Assembly: GCA_964368275.1 (NCBI GenBank)
Contig: CAYJAQ010000004.1
Span: forward strand, 1 to 48,506
Source of the DNA: an uncultured Staphylococcaceae bacterium
Lineage (GTDB): Bacteria > Bacillota_I > Bacilli_A > ML615J-28 > CAG-313
DNA: 48,506 nucleotides
Direction: 5' to 3'
Of this stretch, positions 1-7,179 are shown one piece after another (position 1 is the first letter of the stretch; every line of letters begins with the position of its first letter). Below the pieces are notes generated by a model. That model was not told the DNA's origin and ran no database searches. It saw nothing but the letters and a program-made list of their open reading frames with translations. Position numbers and translations under genes: made by a program.

Positions 1-1262
1 CAAAAGTTAGAGTACCCATTTCCATTTACATTAATCTTTTCTAATGTGGCGTTTAGTCCTTCAATAGCTCCAGATGATAATCTTCTTGGCTTGTTTTCTT
101 TATTTAAAGAGTTTGGAATAGTAATGAATGAATTGATTATGTATTCTTTCCACGTAGCTAATGTCTTAGCAACTTCAAAGAAACTTGGAAGATTAGATTT
201 AAAGAAATCATCAATTAATATTTCTAATTTCTCTGAAGCTTCATCATAAGAAGTTGTTTTATTGAATTCTCGATATCTAGATGTCAGCCAATAAGCTTTA
301 CTTAATTTTTCATCAATAGAAAGCAAGTATGCTCTCATACTATGTTTATCATACCAACCCCTAAGTTTGCGATTGTAAAATCTTCTACCATCGATATCGT
401 CAAACTCTTTAACAAAATAATATCTATATTTTTTTAAAATATAATAATAAGGATGATTGTCTTCAATATTATCAGTTTTTTGGTTGTATTTTTGCATAGT
501 ACTGATTCTAACAGTATTCATCGCATTATTAATGGTTTCCATCACATGGAACGAATCTATGGCAATTTTAGCGTTTTTAAAGTATCTTTTACCTATATCT
601 AGGTAAGTTTCCCACATATCTATCGTTATGTATTCTACTTTCAGTCTTTCTTCAAGAGAAAACCTACTAAAATATTTTTCTAATACATGCTTATGTCTAG
701 AATGAATAATATCATAAATGTTAATCTTTTTAAAATCAACAATAATAAACAAATAAGTATTATCAGTCATTTTATTGTTTATGTGTTTCTCATCACAGGA
801 CATTATAGTAGGTAATGCTTTGGGAGGAGAATAGTCAATATATCGATCAAAAACATCAATGACATTTTGTCTAGAAATATGAAGGTCTCGAGCCACACTT
901 TCAAAAGTAACATTAGCCAATTTTAGTTTATCGAGAATAACAAAAATAGATTCTTTGGAAAGAGTTTCATTAGGATTAGAAAAAGTGTCTTTTTCGTAAA
1001 AAACATGACTACAATTTTTACATTTGTAACGCTGTATATGACATTTAACAATAAACAACATAGTGTAATAAGTACAATGCTTTACAACTTTTGTAATATG
1101 TCCGTTTTTATATAATGATGAAAATCCACAAATAGGACATCTTTCATCACCTGGTACATAATAAGCATCAACATAGATAATACCATTAGCTACTTTAAAA
1201 ACAAATTTATCAAAATCAAAATTAATATCTTTGAAATAATTTAAATATATGATATAATGTAA
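1..1262 (-). CDS. ISL3-family transposase, C-terminal end cut by window edge; start codon unresolved
   Basis: The reverse-strand frame is open from 1280 to position 1. It is absent from the ORF track because its stop is off-window. My translation shows an N-terminal zinc finger (CPICG ... YKCKNCSH). It also shows a central IMSCDEKHINNK and IDMWETYLDIGKRYFKNAKIAIDSFHVM, and a C-terminal SSGAIEGLNATLEKINVNGNGYSNF typical of ISL3 transposases. There is no in-frame ATG/GTG/TTG between the upstream stop (1283-1281) and the zinc finger. Confidence 0.85.
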
Positions 1263-1295
1263 CCGTCCTTTCGTATTAGTTTATCTGGCGATAAT

Positions 1296-1324
1296 ATTAT
1301 AACAAAGGACATTTTTTTATGCAA
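1296..1324 (-). promoter_or_regulatory. sigma-A type promoter of the IS transposase
   Basis: The reverse strand reads TTGCAT (1324-1319), a 17-nt spacer, then TATAAT (1301-1296). An AAAGGA Shine-Dalgarno follows at 1271-1266. Confidence 0.6.
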
Positions 1325-1333
1325 AAAAAATGG

Positions 1334-1374
1334 CTGTCAAGAATTTTGTTGATAATCAACAAAATCTTTGACAG
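1334..1374. repeat. 41-bp imperfect palindrome in the IS leader or end
   Basis: The sequence is CTGTCAAGAATTTTGTTGAT-A-ATCAACAAAATCTTTGACAG. The arms match at 18 of 20 positions (GA versus AG swap). Confidence 0.9.
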
Positions 1375-1467
1375 GTCCACTTTTCAACAAAAATTTTTAC
1401 TTACCTAAAATTAGTCCAAGATAGGGCTATTTTTTAATTTTTATAGACAAGTTTGAGATTATAGCCT

Positions 1468-1545
1468 TACTGACTCGAACAAAAAATGATTCTGATATTA
1501 TACTGACTCGAATCAAATTTGCAGAGTAAAATGTACTGACTCGAA
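1468..1545. repeat. Three direct copies of TACTGACTCGAA with exact 33-bp phasing
   Basis: Copies lie at 1468-1479, 1501-1512 and 1534-1545. All have the same orientation, in a 490-bp stretch with no ORF of 60 aa or more. Confidence 0.9.
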
Positions 1546-1575
1546 CCTATAACCAATAACCAATAAAACAAGAAT

Positions 1576-1624
1576 AGCAGACTAGTAAAATGGTATTATG
1601 CCATGGATATTAGTCTGCTTTTAT
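1576..1624. terminator. Hairpin (perfect 9-bp stem, structured 26-nt loop) with T-rich flanks on both strands; possible bidirectional terminator or insulator
   Basis: AGCAGACTA (1576-1584) pairs with TAGTCTGCT (1611-1619). There is an inner ATGG/CCAT pairing. The hairpin is followed by TTTATT on + and by TTGTTTT on -. Confidence 0.4.
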
Positions 1625-1752
1625 TATTATGCTAGAATAAAAAATAATTCTGTGATATAATACGTGTATAAGAAGTGTTTCAAAGTTATGGTATACTTTT
1701 AATCAATCATAAGTTAATTTCTAAAAAATAAATGATGTTATAGGAGGAATAT

Positions 1753-2832
1753 ATGAACACAGAAATTTTGCAAATAATTGGGTATTTGAATCTTTTAGAA
1801 TTATCATTGTCTAATAAACTAACTAAGGAAACTGTTGAAAAACAATATAGAACAATGTCTCATATTTATCATCCTGATGTTTCAGCAAAGTATTATAAAG
1901 ATGGGAAAAAATTTATACAATTAAAAGAAGCATATAATTTTGTAATAAACAACATTGATTATGTTAATAAATTAATAGAAAACAATTTTTCATCTGAAGA
2001 AAGCATAAACCAATCAAGAAATACTTTTTCTACAAATTGCCAAAATATGAAAACAACCAAGCAAACTAGTGAAAATTATAAAGTGAATAATGTTAACAGG
2101 AAGAAACTTTTTATTAGCATAGGAGTTGTAATATCCATTATTTTATTAATAACAACAATTTCTCTAATAATAGAATCAACCAGACATTATTGTTATTATG
2201 AATTAACTTCTAAAACTGAATATTGTGATAAAGAAGGTACAGCATTGTATAAATGTACAGGTTGTGAGAAATCTTATACTAGAACACTTAAAGCCGCTGG
2301 ACATAATTATATTGTTTCTTCACAAAAAGAAGCTACTTGTTTAACAACTGGTTCAACAACATATAAATGTTCAAAATGTAAAGATACTTATATGGAAACA
2401 ATTAAAGCTACTGGTCACGATTCTTATTATTATGGGGGTGAAGCGTGTAGACGTTGTGGACAATTATCATTTATATGCAGCAATGGTGATACATTACCAT
2501 TAGTAGTAGATACTATATTTTGGACTGGAGATACTGTTGTACAACAATTAATTACAAGTATCAAAATCGATATTCAATATAATGGTGGTATTACGGCAAC
2601 TATTAGTGGCCAAAAAATCTACCAATATAACTCTAAATATGAATTTGTATCATTTAGATGGCAAGTTAGAGACTCCATGAATAATGTTATAGCTGAGGGT
2701 AAAGTACATAAAGAAGGTGTTTATCAAGGTGAATATTTTACAGTTATTTCAAAATCACACTCTTATTCATACGTAAAAGAAACGCAATATTATGTATATA
2801 TATTACCAGGTGAATATGAGGGTAGATCATAA
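1753..2832 (+). CDS. Membrane-anchored J-domain (DnaJ-like) protein with a Cys-repeat extracytoplasmic region
   Basis: The ORF encodes 359 aa, with an AGGAGG RBS at 1742-1747. The N-terminal J domain has an intact HPD (IYHPDV, nt 1870-1878). One hydrophobic helix is present (LFISIGVVISIILLITTISLIIE). Two tandem Cys-rich units follow (YCDKEGTALYKCTGCEKSYTRTLKAAGH and TCLTTGSTTYKCSKCKDTYMETIKATGH), then a beta-rich tail. Confidence 0.8.
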   Translation: MNTEILQIIGYLNLLELSLSNKLTKETVEKQYRTMSHIYHPDVSAKYYKDGKKFIQLKEAYNFVINNIDYVNKLIENNFSSEESINQSRNTFSTNCQNMKTTKQTSENYKVNNVNRKKLFISIGVVISIILLITTISLIIESTRHYCYYELTSKTEYCDKEGTALYKCTGCEKSYTRTLKAAGHNYIVSSQKEATCLTTGSTTYKCSKCKDTYMETIKATGHDSYYYGGEACRRCGQLSFICSNGDTLPLVVDTIFWTGDTVVQQLITSIKIDIQYNGGITATISGQKIYQYNSKYEFVSFRWQVRDSMNNVIAEGKVHKEGVYQGEYFTVISKSHSYSYVKETQYYVYILPGEYEGRS

Positions 2833-3049
2833 CCTTGTGCTAGTTTTATTAATAGCTAGTTCAGGCAGTATAAGATTCAAAGCAACAAATGTAAATGTAT
2901 ATGATAACAAGATGGACATTAGCTTCACAACAAAAACACCAGATATCGTAACCTGTGATATGGCAGGATGGCACATTATAGTTGAAACTGAAAAAGTACC
3001 GATTGATGAAATTAAAGTGTATGTAGAGGGGAAAGAAATTACAAAATAG
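2816..3049 (+). CDS. Small hypothetical protein with an N-terminal hydrophobic segment (77 aa from the internal ATG)
   Basis: The track ORF is 2792-3049. The ATG at 2816 follows an AGGTGA SD-like sequence and overlaps the stop of the upstream gene, suggesting translational coupling. The product starts MRVDHNLVLVLLIASSGS. No family was recognised. Confidence 0.45.
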   Translation: MRVDHNLVLVLLIASSGSIRFKATNVNVYDNKMDISFTTKTPDIVTCDMAGWHIIVETEKVPIDEIKVYVEGKEITK

Positions 3050-3062
3050 AGGAAAGAATAAA

Positions 3063-3149
3063 ATGTGTAATTTATCTGTTGAAGATGTAAAAGCAAAGCT
3101 GAGGGAAAATGAAGAAAAAAGTGGCCAATCAATAACAGTAAATATATAG
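3063..3149 (+). CDS. Possible 28-aa micro-ORF (MCNLSVEDVKAKLRENEEKSGQSITVNI)
   Basis: The ATG is preceded by AGAGGAAAG and the ORF is followed directly by a terminator hairpin. It is too short for the ORF track, and I have no homology evidence. Confidence 0.25.
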   Translation: MCNLSVEDVKAKLRENEEKSGQSITVNI

Positions 3150-3155
3150 CAAAAT

Positions 3156-3188
3156 AGCCAGATGAAGATATCACCTGGCTTTAATTTT
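3156..3188 (+). terminator. Rho-independent terminator of the J-domain operon
   Basis: AGCCAGATG pairs with CACCTGGCT (one mismatch), followed by TTAATTTT. Confidence 0.6.
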
Positions 3189-3265
3189 GTAATTATGTCT
3201 GTTGCAAAACTATTGTAAAAAGGAGAAATTTGGAGTATAATAATTATAGTTTTATTGAACAGATT

Positions 3266-3427
3266 CTGCCCTTTTAGTTACACACTGCAAAAATAAGCAA
3301 TGCCCTTTTTGTTACAATAAAATTATGTATGTAAGCAATAGTTCGTAATCCTGCCCTTTTTGTTACACTTTTTGCAGATTCTGCCCTTTTAGTTATAAAA
3401 TAGTTGAAATCTGCCCTTTTTGTTACA
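3266..3427. repeat. Array of five direct 17-bp repeats, CTGCCCTTTTWGTTACA
   Basis: Copies lie at 3266-3282, 3300-3316 (first base A), 3351-3367, 3381-3397 (ends TTATA) and 3411-3427. Start-to-start spacing is 34, 51, 30 and 30 bp. The region is non-coding. Confidence 0.9.
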
Positions 3428-3547
3428 TACAGGCATTTAGAAGTATAGGTTTATACAGTAGAAAATACTGATTAGACCTTTTTTTATATTTTAATCTTTT
3501 ACAAATAATATTTATAATAAAACTTTTATATTAATTCATTAGTTGTT

Positions 3548-3576
3548 TTTACAATAAATTTGATTTGTGCTATAAT
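3548..3576 (+). promoter_or_regulatory. sigma-A promoter with an extended -10
   Basis: TTTACA (3548-3553), a 17-nt spacer ending in TGC, then TATAAT (3571-3576). It lies upstream of the thioesterase gene. Confidence 0.6.
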
Positions 3577-3597
3577 ATAAGAGTATTTGGAGTGTGT

Positions 3598-4089
3598 ATG
3601 AAAGTAGTAAGAAAGCAATTAAATAGTGATATGTGTATTATTTGTGGTATGAATAATGATGCCGGTTTAAAAGCATCTTTTTATGAGATGGAAGATGATA
3701 CTGTTGTTAGTATATTTACTTATGCTGATAAACATCAAAGTTATCCTGGTCGTACCCATGGGGGAATGATTACTTGTATGCTCGATGAACTGATTGGCCG
3801 GGCCATTTGGATTAGTGAACCCACTACTTGGGGTGTTACTACTGATTTAAGTGTTAGGTTTTTAAAGCCGGTACCTTTAAACCAAAAACTAATGGGAGTA
3901 GGAAGAATTACAAGGAATAATCGCTTTCTTTTTGAAGCTGAGGGATATATAAAAGATGCAAATGGCACAATTTTAGCTAGTGCTAAAGGAACATATTTTA
4001 AATTAAAAGCTGACGAGATTAGTGATACAAATGTGCATGATGTGATGTTTTTAGTTGAAGATGATGTAAAAGAGATTGCACTATATTAA
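3598..4089 (+). CDS. PaaI/hotdog-fold acyl-CoA thioesterase family protein
   Basis: The sequence CIICGMNNDAGLKASFYE ... YPGRTHGGMITCMLDELIGRA resembles PaaI-type hotdog thioesterases. I moved the start to the ATG at 3598, behind a TTGGAG RBS. The track start at 3565 lies inside the promoter. Confidence 0.65.
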   Translation: MKVVRKQLNSDMCIICGMNNDAGLKASFYEMEDDTVVSIFTYADKHQSYPGRTHGGMITCMLDELIGRAIWISEPTTWGVTTDLSVRFLKPVPLNQKLMGVGRITRNNRFLFEAEGYIKDANGTILASAKGTYFKLKADEISDTNVHDVMFLVEDDVKEIALY

Positions 4090-4220
4090 TATGAGACTAC
4101 CAGTACAAATAGATTAATAAAAGTATTGATCAGAAAGTTTTGTCATTTATTTGCTAGATGTTGAAAATTCTCAAGAATATTATTTTTGATCTACTATTAA
4201 TAGACTAGAAAAGAAATTAG

Positions 4221-4618
4221 GTGATTTTTATTAAAAACATTAGACCCCACCATTTACTGTGTATGCAATTTTTTATTGGCAAAGGATATGATGAGAAGTT
4301 TGTTAACAATATGAATGAGGTTATCAATGAATTAAAAAAGAAGATGATGTTAGAATTGTCTTTTCAAATGATGATATTTGTAATTGTTGCCCGAAGTTTG
4401 TTAATGGTGAATGTCAAGATATTGAAAAAGTTAGTAAATATGATAGTCACTTGATGAGTAGATTACACTTAGCAGAAGGCATATTCTCGTATGCAATGCT
4501 TAAGAATCTAGTGTTTGCTGAAATTATTAGACCCAATAAAAGATGTGAAATATGTGCCGACTGTGAATGGAATAGTATTTGTCAAACTAGCACTAAAGCC
4601 TATGGAGATAGTTTATGA
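4221..4618 (+). pseudogene. DUF1284-family gene interrupted by a frameshift at an A6 run (4334-4339)
   Basis: Frame 1 gives MIFIKNIRPHHLLCMQFFIGKGYDEKFVNNMNEVINELKK. After the A-run the family-like sequence continues in another frame (EDDVRIVFSNDDICNCCPKFVNGECQDIEKVSKYDSH ... CEICADCEWNSICQ) to the TGA at 4616-4618. One extra A would restore a single ORF. Confidence 0.6.
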
Positions 4619-4887
4619 GTATTGAAAGTTTCATTAATGAAAAAGGACAGATTAAAACTTGGCCAAGTAAGTTTGCCAAAAAGCGTGAAATTGTTGAGTA
4701 TTTAGCTGATAAATTTGCTTTTGACATCATTTACACAGAAAAAGAATTAAATGCGGTAATAGAGAAGTGGCACACTTTCAATGATCCAATTCTATTGCGA
4801 AGAAGTTTAATTGACTATGGATTTTTTGACCGTGAAAAGGATGGCAGTAAGTATTGGCGAATCCCTCAGGAAGAAGTACAATTATAG
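4615..4887 (+). CDS. DUF2087-like small protein
   Basis: The ORF encodes 90 aa and shows an ATGA overlap with the upstream gene. It contains WPSKFAKKREIVEYLADKF ... YTEKELNAVI ... DPILLRRSLIDYGFFDREKDGSKYW. Confidence 0.55.
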   Translation: MSIESFINEKGQIKTWPSKFAKKREIVEYLADKFAFDIIYTEKELNAVIEKWHTFNDPILLRRSLIDYGFFDREKDGSKYWRIPQEEVQL

Positions 4888-4891
4888 ATTT

Positions 4892-4921
4892 GAAAAAAAG
4901 AACCAAATGGTTCTTTTTTTA
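4892..4921. terminator. Bidirectional rho-independent terminator between convergent genes
   Basis: AAAAAAAGAACCAAATGGTTCTTTTTTT: a stem flanked by an A-run and a T-run. Confidence 0.7.
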
Positions 4922-5698
4922 TCCTAAAGCAACGTCAAGCGCCATCATTACAATAAACCCAAAGATAATCCCTAAACTAGCAATAATTTTATTGTCTTTA
5001 AATGAATCGGGAATCAATTCGGAACATACTACCGCTATCATTGCTCCAGCTGAGAATGATAATAGAAACGGTAGTACATTTTGAACTGTCAGAACAAATA
5101 ATGCACCTATTACTCCTGCGATTGGTTCGACAATCCCCGACGCCTGGCCTAAGAAGAAGGATTTTCCGCGACTGTAGCCATTTGCCCTAAGGGGCATTGC
5201 AACACAAGCTCCTTCAGGAAAATTTTGCAAACCGATTCCAAGCGCCAGCAATAATGCGCCAACAATTGTTACACCTGGCATATTTAAAGGAATAGTAGCA
5301 AAAGCAACACCAACTGCCATACCTTCTGGTATATTGTGAAGAGTTACGGCCGATGTTAGTAAAAAAGTACGTTTTCTTTTTACGTCAATTTTAGACCAAC
5401 GACTGAGCATAATGTCGCTACCAATTACGAATAAACCACCTAGTAAAAATCCAATAACAGGGTCGATGAAGGGCTTTTTTCCCATTCTCTCACATAACTC
5501 AATGGCTGGAGCTAGAAGTGACCAAAATGATGCTGCAATCATTACTCCTCCCGCAAATCCCATCATGAAATCAAGTATTTTTTGGTTAATTGTTTTAAAG
5601 AAAAAGACTAAACTAGCGCCTGCTCCGGTTACAAAGTAAGTAAATAAAGTTGCTAATAATGCCTGAAATACCGGATTTAAGCTTATAAACCATGTCAT
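4919..5698 (-). CDS. ZIP-family divalent metal transporter (ZupT-like)
   Basis: The 259-aa polytopic membrane protein carries the HNIPEGMAVG and QNFPEG motifs typical of ZIP/ZupT. Confidence 0.8.
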   Translation of the reverse strand: MTWFISLNPVFQALLATLFTYFVTGAGASLVFFFKTINQKILDFMMGFAGGVMIAASFWSLLAPAIELCERMGKKPFIDPVIGFLLGGLFVIGSDIMLSRWSKIDVKRKRTFLLTSAVTLHNIPEGMAVGVAFATIPLNMPGVTIVGALLLALGIGLQNFPEGACVAMPLRANGYSRGKSFFLGQASGIVEPIAGVIGALFVLTVQNVLPFLLSFSAGAMIAVVCSELIPDSFKDNKIIASLGIIFGFIVMMALDVALG

Positions 5699-5827
5699 AT
5701 TTATATCACCGATTTAGTATATTCTTGTTATTTTATTCGGTATAGTCGATTACCTAATAACAAATGCACATGTTTCAATTGGCAAAAAGGGTTGTTTGTG
5801 GTATACTAGAAGAAGAAGGAGATTTAT

Positions 5828-6448
5828 ATGCAAGATATTTATTTATTAGGAAAAAAGATTATTATTGAAAAATCCCCAATTGTTCTTAATTATCGTGGTG
5901 AACAAAACTGGCAAGACTACTTTATGGTTATGGCTGGTAATTGGACCTATGACAATGGTTTCTTAATTGGCACCGAAATAGAGAATAAAGGTGGTATATT
6001 ATATACAAAAGAATGCTATGACTTTGATATAATGTTAACTTTTAAATGCCAAACTGTTTTGCCAGCAACGCGAGATTTAAATGCTCTTTGGTGCAGTAAC
6101 TGGGATAATTCCGCTGATTATTTGTCAGATGGTTATGTTTGTGGTTTAAATGGTTGGTATGACCATTTATCAGGAATTGAAAAATGTGGTGAACATGGTT
6201 TCTATGCTTCAACCTCATTGTATAAGTATGTTCCGGGAACTGAAGTAGAAATAACTTGTGGTTCAATTAATGGTCATTGCTTTTTATTAGTTGATGGAAA
6301 ATTAGTCTTAGAGATTGTTGATGATTTCCCATTAACCAGTGGCCATGCTGGCTTTTCTCCGTATTGTACAAGTTTGAAGATTCGTGATGTTACAATTCGT
6401 AAGATATGTTGGGAAAAACGTCTCCAAAGTTATGAAAAGGAGTTCTAG
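5828..6448 (+). CDS. Hypothetical cytoplasmic beta-rich protein
   Basis: The ORF encodes 206 aa with an AGGAG RBS. An extended -10 (TGGTATACT) lies upstream. No family was assigned with confidence. Confidence 0.6.
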   Translation: MQDIYLLGKKIIIEKSPIVLNYRGEQNWQDYFMVMAGNWTYDNGFLIGTEIENKGGILYTKECYDFDIMLTFKCQTVLPATRDLNALWCSNWDNSADYLSDGYVCGLNGWYDHLSGIEKCGEHGFYASTSLYKYVPGTEVEITCGSINGHCFLLVDGKLVLEIVDDFPLTSGHAGFSPYCTSLKIRDVTIRKICWEKRLQSYEKEF

Positions 6449-6504
6449 TTTTTAGTTTATTTTTAAGTATCTAATATATAATATTGTTAGATTGAGGTAA
6501 TGGT

Positions 6505-7179
6505 ATGAAATTATTATTGGTAGAAGATGAAAGAGAGATTGCCAGTGCGGTTGCTAAAGTACTACGTCATAATAATTATTTAGTAGACGTGGTGTATGAT
6601 GGCGAAGAAGCTCTTGATTATTTAGCGTGTGCTGAATATGATGCTGTCATTTTAGATGTAATGATGCCCAAACTAGACGGAGTATCAGTCGCAAAAGAAC
6701 TCCGAAAAAATGGTAACAATGTACCAATTTTAATGCTGACAGCGAAGGCGGAGATTGATGATCGGGTGTTAGGGCTTGATGTGGGTGCAGATGATTACTT
6801 AACTAAGCCCTTTGCAATGAAAGAACTATTAGCACGGATTCGCTCAGTAACTAGACGTAAAGATACTAGCATTAAAGAATATGTTTTTGCTGATATTTCT
6901 CTTAATCCCCAAAATTATGAGTTATCGACAAGTTATAAGAAGTGCCGCTTATCAAGTAAAGAGTTTCAGATGTTAGAATTATTAATGAATAATGCGAATG
7001 TGTTAATATCCACTGAGCGATTTATGGAGAAAGTTTGGGGTTTTGACACGGAGGCAGAGATAAATGTAGTATGGGTGTACATTTCAGCAATTAGAAAAAA
7101 GCTTGATTTCATTAGTGCAAATGTAACAATAAAAGCAGTTAGAGGTTTGGGATATCAATTGGAGAATAAACATGATTAG
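6505..7179 (+). CDS. OmpR-family response regulator
   Basis: A receiver domain (LLVEDE ... DAVILDVMMPKLDG ... LTAK) is followed by a winged-helix output domain (SSKEFQMLELLM ... VRGLGYQL). Confidence 0.9.
   Translation: MKLLLVEDEREIASAVAKVLRHNNYLVDVVYDGEEALDYLACAEYDAVILDVMMPKLDGVSVAKELRKNGNNVPILMLTAKAEIDDRVLGLDVGADDYLTKPFAMKELLARIRSVTRRKDTSIKEYVFADISLNPQNYELSTSYKKCRLSSKEFQMLELLMNNANVLISTERFMEKVWGFDTEAEINVVWVYISAIRKKLDFISANVTIKAVRGLGYQLENKHD

Larger units (their letters stand above)
1..1378 (-). mobile_element. ISL3-family insertion sequence, partial (remainder lies beyond the window start); outer end tentatively ~1378
   Basis: It contains an ISL3-type transposase ORF (reverse strand) and its own reverse-strand promoter. 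A GG-initiated terminal-repeat-like arm reads GGACCTGTCAAAGATTTTGTTGAT on the reverse strand (1378-1355). The second IS end is off-window, so the end position is inference. Confidence 0.7.

Noticed and set aside
46-249. Track ORF of 67 aa on the + strand
   Set aside because: It lies antisense inside the ISL3 transposase reading frame and has no RBS. It is a shadow ORF.
1258-1273. TGTAACCGTCCTTTCG as the inverted partner (other end) of the 17-bp repeat TGTAACAAAAAGGGCAG
   Set aside because: Only the first six bases match. The site lies inside the ISL3 leader and start region, so the match is most likely coincidence.
2827-3174. Track ORF of 115 aa on the - strand
   Set aside because: It is antisense to the better supported + strand ORFs (2816-3049, 3063-3149) and would start inside the + strand terminator. 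It has no RBS and a low-complexity hydrophobic translation.
3266-3427. Could the five-repeat array be a small CRISPR array?
   Set aside because: The repeats are only 17 bp and the spacers are 13-34 bp and irregular. Two spacers share sequence with each other. No cas genes or leader are present in the window.
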